The position numbers were made by a program, and so were the translations under genes. Shown here in pieces: positions 20,502 through 29,287 of a stretch of DNA of 64,000 nt. Each line of letters opens with the position of its first letter. Position 1 is the first letter of the stretch. The notes below the pieces were generated by a model. It made no database searches. It saw nothing but the letters and a program-made list of their open reading frames with translations, and was not told the origin of the DNA. The stretch comes from Nitrospirota bacterium (GTDB lineage Bacteria; Nitrospirota; UBA9217), in the NCBI GenBank assembly GCA_963663225.1, contig OY760142.1:2400001-2464000 (forward strand), in the 5' to 3' direction.

Positions 20502-20517
20502 TGGTATAAATATTGCT
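20502..20517 (+). promoter_or_regulatory. Sigma54 (-24/-12) promoter of minor-pilin operon 2
   Basis: TGGTATAAATATTGCT, exact GG-N10-GC spacing, same position as in operon 1. Confidence 0.72.
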
Positions 20518-20568
20518 TATACTCTTGCATAAAGAATTAGGGTTTGGTTTAATAGAGGAGTGTAATGT

Positions 20569-21090
20569 ATGATAAAAAAAATGGCCTACAAGAAGCAAGC
20601 ACAGTCCGGTTTCACCTTGATCGAGCTTCTTATTGCTCTTGTGATATTAACTATTGGTCTTCTTGCTGCAGCCGCCATGCAGGGCACGGCAATCAATTCC
20701 AATGCGTTTGCGTATCGTCATGCACAGATTACAGCAGTCGGCCAAATGGTCATGGATGATCTTCTTTCGCAGTATCTGCAAGCTACATCCCCTCCCAGCC
20801 TTTTTTATCAGCAATTTAATCCGAATCCATTAAATCCTGCTCAACAGAATTTTGTATACCAATACAATCGCTTTCCACCGTATAACTGGGAATCGAATCC
20901 GGTTGCCACTACCAACTATGTTGTTCCGGGCGTGGGTACGTTTCAGGCGACATATACTATAACGACAAATAACCCCGCCAGAAATATTTCCAGGATTCAG
21001 GTGCAGATTTTCATGTTAGATACGGCCGGAATTGCACATCCCGTGCCGTTTAACTTGATTAACTATAGAAAAATGCCACCGAGTGCATAA
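20569..21090 (+). CDS. pilV: Type IV minor pilin PilV-like (cluster 2)
   Basis: SG/FTLIELLIALVILTIGLLAAAAMQG. Confidence 0.82.
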   Translation: MIKKMAYKKQAQSGFTLIELLIALVILTIGLLAAAAMQGTAINSNAFAYRHAQITAVGQMVMDDLLSQYLQATSPPSLFYQQFNPNPLNPAQQNFVYQYNRFPPYNWESNPVATTNYVVPGVGTFQATYTITTNNPARNISRIQVQIFMLDTAGIAHPVPFNLINYRKMPPSA

Positions 21091-22222
21091 AACGGAGTAC
21101 ATGCTTATGATGATTGCCTGTAGACGAGACAAACAAAAAGGTTTCACGCTGATTGAGCTTTTGATGGTAGCGTTTATGCTCGGACTGGTTATGATATCGC
21201 TCTATTCTCTCTATACTTCCAGCCAGCGGCATGCGTACGTTCAGGAAGAGGTTGCCGATGTTCAGCAGAACCTGCGGGTCGCAATGGACAGCCTAACCAG
21301 AGATGTACGGCACGCGGGTTTTATGTTAACGGAGTTTTATAATGCTGCTGGTTCTCTCGGAAGAGGTACGATAAATCCTGCTACAAATGGCAATTCGACC
21401 CAGACTATTAGTACCGCGTTAAGCAATGCTGCAAACTCAGCTGCTTTACCTGTTACTCGTGATGTTATAACAGGGGTGACAGGAGTACATGCAGATTTTC
21501 TGACTCTGAATATTGCAGCGCCGACTATCACTTTTGCCAGACTTGATTCGAAGCAGAACTGGACCGCGGGCTCTGTTTTTACGTTCACGGTGTCAACGCC
21601 TGAATCAGTCGATCTTTTCAATGTTGATGCTGCAAATCCTGATTATGTAAGAATTATTGATCCAGTAGCCCATAGGCAGTCGACATATGATGCAAATACG
21701 GCAGTTGGGGGAACTGTTTTCCGGGTGAGCAATAAGAACAGGGCCACTCAATCCATAGAATTGACCTTTGTGTCCGGAAATACTCCCGTCCATGAGTATA
21801 AGCGAAATGATATTATTGTAAAAATAGCAGGTATTGCCGCCCCATTTCCTACAGCAGTAACCTATTGCCTCGGCCCGACTACGGGCTGTCCGCCTGCCGG
21901 TGCAACTGCCGTAGGCGCAAACCAGTGCGTGCAGAAAGGGCCGAATGACCAGACGATGTGTCTCCTGAGGATCGAAAACAATGTAACACAAGTTGTGGCT
22001 TCCGGACTATCAGGACTTCAATTTACCTATCTTCTGGATAATCTGAATGAGGTGCCCAATGCGGTCACGGCTTTGCCGCTTACGGATCTTACTCCAATAC
22101 GGGCAATTCGCGTTAACATCACCGGCCAGACCGCAACCGCAAGGTCCCTGACAGGCACAGGCGAACATGTCCGCACCATGACGTCAGTTGTCAAGCTGCA
22201 AAACAGATATATGTCCCAGTAA
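21083..22222 (+). CDS. pilW: Type IV minor pilin PilW-like (cluster 2)
   Basis: KG/FTLIELL, VQQNLRVAMD.L.RDVRHAG; true start may be an ATG at ~21101-21110. Confidence 0.85.
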   Translation: MHKTEYMLMMIACRRDKQKGFTLIELLMVAFMLGLVMISLYSLYTSSQRHAYVQEEVADVQQNLRVAMDSLTRDVRHAGFMLTEFYNAAGSLGRGTINPATNGNSTQTISTALSNAANSAALPVTRDVITGVTGVHADFLTLNIAAPTITFARLDSKQNWTAGSVFTFTVSTPESVDLFNVDAANPDYVRIIDPVAHRQSTYDANTAVGGTVFRVSNKNRATQSIELTFVSGNTPVHEYKRNDIIVKIAGIAAPFPTAVTYCLGPTTGCPPAGATAVGANQCVQKGPNDQTMCLLRIENNVTQVVASGLSGLQFTYLLDNLNEVPNAVTALPLTDLTPIRAIRVNITGQTATARSLTGTGEHVRTMTSVVKLQNRYMSQ

Positions 22223-22263
22223 TAGTTTGAGAGCGTTTCTCTTCTAAAAGGAGACAGACAGCA

Positions 22264-22803
22264 GTGAAAACTACTCGAAAACAAAATGTAGAATCAAGCG
22301 CGATGCAGAATAACAATAAATACAAAATTGGTAATGAGCGCGGCATGGCCCTCATTATAGCGTTGGTGATGCTTGCTGTTCTGGGTATGCTCGGAGTGCT
22401 TGCTCTGAATACATCCACAACGGAACTGCGCATTGCCGGCAATTATCGGAATGATAATATTGCTTTTTATAATTCTAATATGCCTGAAGCCTATGGTCCT
22501 AACAATACTCTAATTGAAAACCAGGTGGCGAAAGATAGTACTACTGCATCCGTATATCCAAGCAATCCACTGGTACCATTTGCATCGATACCGGCAACGG
22601 ATCGACCAGCCAATGCTCTTGGGCAAACATCAATCAGAATACAGTATCTCTGCGTCAGTCAGGCGCCTCCGGGTCTGCCAAGTGATGTTAAGGCTTTTCA
22701 CTATGTGGTTACCGTAGTAGGCAAAGGGCTTAACAATGCTGAATATGTTACAGAGTCAGAAATAATCAAGCTGCTGCCGATAGACATCGAAACCGATTGT
22801 TGA
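22264..22803 (+). CDS. pilX: Type IV minor pilin PilX-like (cluster 2)
   Basis: NERG/MALIIALVML, ELRIAGNYR....AFY. Confidence 0.82.
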   Translation: MKTTRKQNVESSAMQNNNKYKIGNERGMALIIALVMLAVLGMLGVLALNTSTTELRIAGNYRNDNIAFYNSNMPEAYGPNNTLIENQVAKDSTTASVYPSNPLVPFASIPATDRPANALGQTSIRIQYLCVSQAPPGLPSDVKAFHYVVTVVGKGLNNAEYVTESEIIKLLPIDIETDC

Positions 22804-22825
22804 AAAGAGAAAAGGAGAAGCTGTT

Positions 22826-23206
22826 ATGAAAAGAAAACTCTTTCTTGCTTTACTGTTGATTGTTTGTTCCTGTGTTCCGACAGCTATCGCAGCAGAAACA
22901 ACCAATAATGCGGCAGCAACCGTGACGGGTCCCTACAATCCTGCAATAACCTATCCGGGTATCTATATCTCGGAAAGCCTTTTATTTAAAAACAGACCGA
23001 CAAGCCAGTCATGGCAGGCCATACCAATGCTTAACACGCTCAAAAAGGTGACATGCGCTGACGCGATGACAAGTTTGCAGCGTGAAGGCAAATGGCAGGG
23101 AAATTTAAATCTTGACGGTTCGTGCGGGTCAACATACGAACCGGCTGAGTGGATACTGGGAAACAGGCTTAACTATGAAGAGGCACGGCAGCAGTCTTCT
23201 CGGTAG
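22826..23206 (+). CDS. Small secreted 2-Cys protein resembling the PilY1 vWA-inserted subdomain (cluster 2)
   Basis: Signal peptide, AAGGAG SD; shares YNPAI.Y, VTC, EG.W.G.L, DGSC, W.LGNRLN with 14447..14839. Confidence 0.8.
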   Translation: MKRKLFLALLLIVCSCVPTAIAAETTNNAAATVTGPYNPAITYPGIYISESLLFKNRPTSQSWQAIPMLNTLKKVTCADAMTSLQREGKWQGNLNLDGSCGSTYEPAEWILGNRLNYEEARQQSSR

Positions 23207-23238
23207 CTGACAAAGATTATCAGGAGGAGAGATAGTAT

Positions 23239-26200
23239 ATGAAAAAAACTTTTTTGACCATATTGGTTGCCCTATTCACGGCATTTCTATTTTTCGGCAT
23301 TGCCTCGGCTGCTCCGGACCAATACTGCGGTGATACCTCGCTTTATGGCGGTGCCCCTACAGTTCTCCAGCCGAATGTGCTGATTTTCATAGACGACTCC
23401 GGGAGTATGGCGAATACAGTTCCCTCCGGTTCATATGATCCGCTAGTAACATATGCGTCTACCAATAACTGCGCCAACAGCAGCGGACAGTATCCTCGTG
23501 CATGTAGCACGAACGCGGTGTATAGAACGACGGATGGAGGCTCCTCCGGTGGGACATTTCTGAACTCCAGCGTGAACAATATTACTACATCGTGCTCCGG
23601 GTACGATCCGCAGACTCTTTTAAAAACCTACGGAACGTACAATGGCAGCAGATTGAATAGTGACGGTTCATGCAATACTTCATCTGCCAGAACGTATGTA
23701 ACGGGAAATTATGTAAACTGGTATCATAGTTCGGCTGCCGGCTGGACATCAAAAGTACAGGTTGCAAAAAATGTTATCAACAGTCTTATAAACAGTACTC
23801 AAGGCGTGAAATTCGGGCTGATGACCTTCCACTACCCAAATAGTTATACCTACGAAGGTTCTCAATTCTTGAGCACGTCGGTTTCCGGCGCTACTTATGT
23901 TACCACAATCAAAGACATGGATGGTATCCATACCGGGACAACAACGAATAGGCAGGCCCTGGTAGCAGCTATAAATACCCTGACAAGTCTGTATAATACT
24001 CCGTTGGGTGAATCTCTCTATGAAACAATGCGTTATTTCCAGGGAGCCCAAACCGCTTTTGGCAATTCAATCGGTGTTGACGCAAGCGGAAACTATACCT
24101 CGCCAATTCAATGGGGTTGCCAGAAAAACTATGTTATTTTTGTTACCGACGGCATGTCAAACGCGGATAATAATTCCGCGTTGAATCCCGTTTATACCAA
24201 ATACGGAAGATGGGACGGAGGCACCTGTAACACGTCTGTTTATTCTACCTGCGACGGAACCGATATGAATCATTCGCTGGCTGGTGTTGCGAAATATATG
24301 TACGAAACCGATCTGAGAACAGATATAACCGGCACTCAAAATGTTGTAACCTATACCATAGGTTTTGGACTTACCGGCGCAGATCAGGAAGCGATTGATC
24401 TTTTGAAGCTGACCGCGGATACCAATCATGGCCGCGGAGCGTATTATAATGCGGGGAGTGAAACAGAACTGAGCGCGGCGCTGACGACAGTCATCGGCAA
24501 CATATTCTCAGTGGATACGTCATTCGTTGCTCCGGTGGTTCCCGTGAGCCCTGAAAACAGAACATACAGCGGCAGCAGGGTATATATGGGTTTTTTCAAA
24601 CCCGCGAGTGAAAAGTTCTGGAGCGGAAACCTGAAGAAATTCGCTCTTAATGAGAATAATTATATTCTCGATTCAAACGGCAATTATGCAAACTATTATG
24701 ACGCCAACAAAGATGGATTTGACGACCGGGATAGTGCTTCCCTGGGAAGTAACGCAAATGGAAGCTTCAGATCGACATCTCAATCGTACTGGAGCACGAT
24801 AGCTGACAGCGGCGCTGTTGAGGAAGGCGGCATAGGCGAAGTGCTGCTGAACAGAACGACGACCAGAAATATTTACACTTTTTTGGGCACGAATACACAG
24901 CTAAGTCATTCTACAAATGCCTTCACGACAAGTATTATAACGGAAACACAGCTTGGATTTACCTCCGGAGATACGGCGAGCAGGGACAAACTTGTTAATT
25001 TTCTGCATGGAGTGGATACCTATGATGCAGACTCTGATACAAATGTTACTGAGAAAAGACAGTGGATTTTAGGAGACATTCTTCATTCCAAGCCTCAAAT
25101 TGTATCGTACAACACCTATACGTATTCGCATGAAACGGATTGCAGCGGAACTTTTGTAAGCGGTGCCAGCACGAATAACGCCAACAATACGTATATTTTT
25201 GTCGGAGCGAATGACGGCATGCTGCATGCTTTCAAGGACTGCGACGGCAGCGAGGCCTGGGCATTCATCCCGCCTGATTTGCTGCCGATTCTTCAGTATC
25301 TGGGGCCGACGGGCGGTGCGCATACGTACTTTGTCGATTTTTCACCATCCGTTTATATATATAATAAAGACAAGACAGGCAATGTTAACGCTTCCAATGG
25401 AGATAAGGTCATTCTTGTTTTTGGTCTTCGAAGGGGAGGTGGTCTCGATACTTCTCCTACGAAGGGCTATTATTATGCTCTTGATGTTACCAATCCTTTG
25501 GATCCAATTTTTCTGGGAAGCATCAGCAATACCACGGTAAGAAATGGCCTTACGACGGTTGCTTCCACGGATTTCAGTGAATTGGGAGAGGTCTGGAGCG
25601 ACATTTCATTTGGAAGAATCAAGTACGGATCCGATATTAAAATTGCGACATTCTTGGGCGCGGGCTATGACAATTGCAATGAAGATGGACGATATGGCTC
25701 CACGCAGACTTTTACCGGTGCTTGCGTGGCTCCGCCCACGAGCGACAATGGCGCAACGACAAGCTCCGGCAGTTCGGCACCGCTCAATTCCAAAGGAAGA
25801 GGAATCTATGTGATAGAAATAGGTCAGATCAATGCATCAACCGGGAATCTCTCCTTGAGCGGTATCGGCACAAAATTGTGGGGTTACACAAATGCAGACG
25901 ACCCCACGAGAATGATTTTCTCTATCCCCGCCCGAATCAAAGCGGTTGATACGAACTACGATAATTATATTGACAGGCTTTATTTCGGAGATGCCGGCGG
26001 CAATATGTGGAGAGCCAATATAAAAGACACTTCTCCAACAAACTGGACGGTAAACAGGATTTTCAGCTCTAATCCTGGTTATTCGAACGGTTCAGCGGAC
26101 GCTTCGAATGGACGAAAGATTTTTTATGAACCTTCAACTTTTGTGCTTACCGACGGTTCGGTGCGCTTATACTTCGGCACCGGAGACAGAGAACATCCTT

Positions 26201-26823
26201 TGAATACTGCAGTACTGGACAGAATGTACTCCCTTATTGATCGGGGGCAAACGACAGCATCAAGCATCAATGAATTGAATCTGGTTGACGTCACTGATGA
26301 CACATTGCAAGGATTAAGTACCACGTCAACACAGGCCCAGTCTATTATCAGTCAACTGACGAGTTCGACGAAATACGGCTGGTATATCAGGCTGAACGAA
26401 AATACCGGCGAAAAGGTTCTGGCTCCTTCAGTTCTCTATAATGGAGTCACGGTGTATACAACCTACTCACCGCTGACAACGGCCAGCACAGACCCTTGTG
26501 TTACTGGGAATTTGGGCACAGCAAGGGCTTATGCTGTAGACTACTTGACTGGTGCCGCAGTGACTAATTATGATACAACAAATGACACGACATCTACTAC
26601 GAATACGTGGGCACGCGCCACCGGCACTACCTATAATCTGCTCAGAAGTGACCGGGTAGTTACTCTCGGAAGCGGCATCCCATCGGGAGGTGTCGTCGTC
26701 ATATCATCGACAGGTCAGACGAGTTTGATGATCGGTGTTGGCGGTAGTTTTCAGACGATGAAAATTTCCGGTACAAGTGCGACGCTGCCACTTTATTGGA
26801 GGCAGAAATCCGAACATTTATAG
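23239..26823 (+). CDS. pilY1: PilY1/PilC pilus tip adhesin (cluster 2)
   Basis: Signal peptide, MIDAS DDSGSM, TPLGE, VTDG, LGDILHS, GANDGMLHAF, DTNYDNYID, FGTGD. Confidence 0.92.
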   Translation: MKKTFLTILVALFTAFLFFGIASAAPDQYCGDTSLYGGAPTVLQPNVLIFIDDSGSMANTVPSGSYDPLVTYASTNNCANSSGQYPRACSTNAVYRTTDGGSSGGTFLNSSVNNITTSCSGYDPQTLLKTYGTYNGSRLNSDGSCNTSSARTYVTGNYVNWYHSSAAGWTSKVQVAKNVINSLINSTQGVKFGLMTFHYPNSYTYEGSQFLSTSVSGATYVTTIKDMDGIHTGTTTNRQALVAAINTLTSLYNTPLGESLYETMRYFQGAQTAFGNSIGVDASGNYTSPIQWGCQKNYVIFVTDGMSNADNNSALNPVYTKYGRWDGGTCNTSVYSTCDGTDMNHSLAGVAKYMYETDLRTDITGTQNVVTYTIGFGLTGADQEAIDLLKLTADTNHGRGAYYNAGSETELSAALTTVIGNIFSVDTSFVAPVVPVSPENRTYSGSRVYMGFFKPASEKFWSGNLKKFALNENNYILDSNGNYANYYDANKDGFDDRDSASLGSNANGSFRSTSQSYWSTIADSGAVEEGGIGEVLLNRTTTRNIYTFLGTNTQLSHSTNAFTTSIITETQLGFTSGDTASRDKLVNFLHGVDTYDADSDTNVTEKRQWILGDILHSKPQIVSYNTYTYSHETDCSGTFVSGASTNNANNTYIFVGANDGMLHAFKDCDGSEAWAFIPPDLLPILQYLGPTGGAHTYFVDFSPSVYIYNKDKTGNVNASNGDKVILVFGLRRGGGLDTSPTKGYYYALDVTNPLDPIFLGSISNTTVRNGLTTVASTDFSELGEVWSDISFGRIKYGSDIKIATFLGAGYDNCNEDGRYGSTQTFTGACVAPPTSDNGATTSSGSSAPLNSKGRGIYVIEIGQINASTGNLSLSGIGTKLWGYTNADDPTRMIFSIPARIKAVDTNYDNYIDRLYFGDAGGNMWRANIKDTSPTNWTVNRIFSSNPGYSNGSADASNGRKIFYEPSTFVLTDGSVRLYFGTGDREHPLNTAVLDRMYSLIDRGQTTASSINELNLVDVTDDTLQGLSTTSTQAQSIISQLTSSTKYGWYIRLNENTGEKVLAPSVLYNGVTVYTTYSPLTTASTDPCVTGNLGTARAYAVDYLTGAAVTNYDTTNDTTSTTNTWARATGTTYNLLRSDRVVTLGSGIPSGGVVVISSTGQTSLMIGVGGSFQTMKISGTSATLPLYWRQKSEHL

Positions 26824-26917
26824 CAAGTATGCGTTCGCAAAAGAGAGAAACTTTTACTACAGGACCATACTGAATTTGAAGAACAGTCGGACTATGTGCT
26901 GTAACATATAGTGAAAA

Positions 26918-27838
26918 ATGCAAAACAAACTAAAAATTATACTTTTTATTCTTTGCAGTGCCGTCATAGTGACTAACACAGCATGCAAGAAAGAACAAAC
27001 CAGCGCATCCCATGCGAATTTTCCTCCTTCAGAAGAAGGAAAAGCAGCTGTGTTAAAAACATTAACCGTTAATATGCTGCCAGAAAAACCGTTAGCCGGT
27101 ACAACGCTTCAGGCACTCGCTGTTTCTCAAACAGGAACCCAGATAAACTATCAATGGGAATTAAATGGAATGATTTTGGCAGGGGAAAGTTCGCCTTACT
27201 TGGACTCAAGAAACCGTTTTGCGAAAGGGGATCGGATATCTGTTCTTGTGACGTCGGATAATACCTCGGTGTCAGCATCGGTAACAATAAAAAACAGTCC
27301 GCCAGTCGTGAAATCATTGACTGTAAAGCCAGAAATTCTTTACGCTGGTATTGATATTATTGCCGAGCCTGTCGGCTACGACGCTGACGGAGATACTATA
27401 CAGTTTTTCTATAAGTGGTCGATCAACGATGTTGATCAACCCGATAATTCTGCAGTTTTGCCTGGAGATAAGTACAAACGGGGAGATCGAATAGCTCTTA
27501 CCGTAATCCCTAAAGATAGTGAAGAAGAAGGTGACCCTTTTGCATCTAAGCCAGTTGTAATTCCGAATGGCCCACCACGATTTATATCAACACCACCATT
27601 GGATTTTAAGGCAGAGATTTACTCCTACCAGGCTATTGCCGTCGATCCTGATAATGACACTTTGACTTATTCGCTTCGTACTGCACCAAATGGAATGGTT
27701 ATTGATGCGCGAACGGGGTTGATTACTCTACAGATTAAAAAAGAACACGCAGGAACACATATCGTCGAGATTGAAGCACAGGATACACAAGGTTTAAAAG
27801 CCGTTCAAAAATACTCACTAACATTAACTGTTCCCTGA
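26918..27838 (+). CDS. Lipoprotein with three Ig-like/cadherin-like domains (cluster 2)
   Basis: Lipobox-like NTAC; collinear with 18673..19611. Confidence 0.78.
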   Translation: MQNKLKIILFILCSAVIVTNTACKKEQTSASHANFPPSEEGKAAVLKTLTVNMLPEKPLAGTTLQALAVSQTGTQINYQWELNGMILAGESSPYLDSRNRFAKGDRISVLVTSDNTSVSASVTIKNSPPVVKSLTVKPEILYAGIDIIAEPVGYDADGDTIQFFYKWSINDVDQPDNSAVLPGDKYKRGDRIALTVIPKDSEEEGDPFASKPVVIPNGPPRFISTPPLDFKAEIYSYQAIAVDPDNDTLTYSLRTAPNGMVIDARTGLITLQIKKEHAGTHIVEIEAQDTQGLKAVQKYSLTLTVP

Positions 27839-27847
27839 GAGGTATTC

Positions 27848-28366
27848 ATGAGAAACAATACATTATTACGCTCAGCCAGCGGTCTTACCCTTATAGAATT
27901 AATAGTGGTGCTTTCCCTTTTGGCTATTCTTAGTGCGATTGTTCTTCCACCTTTTTTGCAATGGCGCGCTAGTCTTGACTACCGCACAACCGCAAGCGGC
28001 ATTTTTAATATACTCAAACAAGCCAAAAGCCGGACTATCACGAACAGTCTTCAATGCAGAGTAGAGTTTCAGGTTGCCCCCACCAGACAATATCGCATGA
28101 CGCAGGGTGACAGAGCTGCGAACAGCGCCAACTGGGGTGCCACTTCTCAGGATATTATTCAAAACTGGACTACGATACCGACTACCGTAACCTTGGTTAC
28201 TGCAAATACATTAAACAACAATATTGAATTTAATACCAATGGTACTGCCAATCTTGCTTTAGGATTTAATTCCTCCACCATACAAATTCAAGACAATACC
28301 GGTGCCGTCAGATTCACGATTCAAGTAGATACTACAGGTAGAATCGCAATGCGTTCTGGCTCATAA
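27848..28366 (+). CDS. fimU: FimT/FimU minor pilin (cluster 2)
   Basis: SG/LTLIEL, LKQAKS, IEFN.NG.A, V..TGRI. Confidence 0.8.
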   Translation: MRNNTLLRSASGLTLIELIVVLSLLAILSAIVLPPFLQWRASLDYRTTASGIFNILKQAKSRTITNSLQCRVEFQVAPTRQYRMTQGDRAANSANWGATSQDIIQNWTTIPTTVTLVTANTLNNNIEFNTNGTANLALGFNSSTIQIQDNTGAVRFTIQVDTTGRIAMRSGS

Positions 28367-28537
28367 TGATATAAATAAAGTATCAGAAAATTCTGTCATA
28401 TGTCTTCTTTCCGCGCCGCAGTTGCTTTAGTCTACCTCGGCATTGTGTCCTCGATAAAACTTTCCATATAATTACCTGCTTCCTCGTTTTCGCAAATAAC
28501 TGTTTAACAAAATTGTATGCTTTGCATATCACCTAAA

Positions 28538-28585
28538 AATACCCATAACTGGGTATTGCATCTCACTATTACTTCTTGATATATA
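28538..28585 (+). promoter_or_regulatory. Inverted repeat (NarL-type 7-2-7) abutting a putative sigma70 promoter of the third fimU
   Basis: AATACCCA-TAAC-TGGGTATT, i.e. TACCCAT-AA-CTGGGTA, immediately upstream of TTGCAT and a TATAT element. Confidence 0.45.
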
Positions 28586-28684
28586 TCGTGTATCCACTAA
28601 TTTAAAATACGAATATTTTAACCAGCATCGATTAAGCGATTGCGTGGTTTGATTATTCGTTAATTTCTTTTGCGAGGCTATCTA

Positions 28685-29164
28685 ATGTTTGAATATGCGA
28701 ATTTTTTTAAAAAATTATTTTTTAAAAAAGGGTTTACAATTATTGAGGTTATGGTTGTTATAATAATTGCAGCAATATTAAGCAGCATTGCTTTGCCTTC
28801 GTATATCGAGTGGCGCAAATCTATACAATATCATGCATCGGCGCGAAGCATTGTCCTTGCTTTCCGAGAAGCAAGAGCCAGAGCTATAGCCAGTAATTAT
28901 GAACATCGGATAGAATTTGAAAATGCAAATAGAAGATTTCGCATAATGAGAGGAAATCGGGCAAGTTCCAGCTCGGATTGGAGCACAGTAGTTAGCAGCT
29001 GGTATGTTCTTCCACAAGAAGTCTGCATGCATGCAAACGTGACGAAAATTCACTTAAATCCCATGGGGACAGCAAACGCTGGTACTGTTGCGATTCAGGA
29101 TGAGAATGGACAAATAAAATGTCAAGTCCGAATATTAAGCACGGGCCGCGCCCGTATTCTCTAG
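28685..29164 (+). CDS. fimU: Third, stand-alone FimT/FimU minor pilin
   Basis: KG/FTIIEV, ALPS, REARARAI, V...TGR; similar to 27848..28366 (G.RA..S..W). Confidence 0.8.
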   Translation: MFEYANFFKKLFFKKGFTIIEVMVVIIIAAILSSIALPSYIEWRKSIQYHASARSIVLAFREARARAIASNYEHRIEFENANRRFRIMRGNRASSSSDWSTVVSSWYVLPQEVCMHANVTKIHLNPMGTANAGTVAIQDENGQIKCQVRILSTGRARIL

Positions 29165-29287
29165 CTCGTTGTGTAGGCAAATACCAAACAGTATATTGAA
29201 AATAAATTTTTCATTCTTGACGAACTATGATGCATCACGTAATATAATATTGTACTTTAATCCTATTCTAGGATTTTCGGTGAGTGA

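Noticed and set aside
14907-26823. Diversity-generating retroelement, shufflon or gene-conversion cassette between the two pilY1 genes
   Set aside because: No reverse transcriptase or recombinase, no near-identical TR/VR pair or inverted recombination sites seen; shared motifs differ at many synonymous positions.
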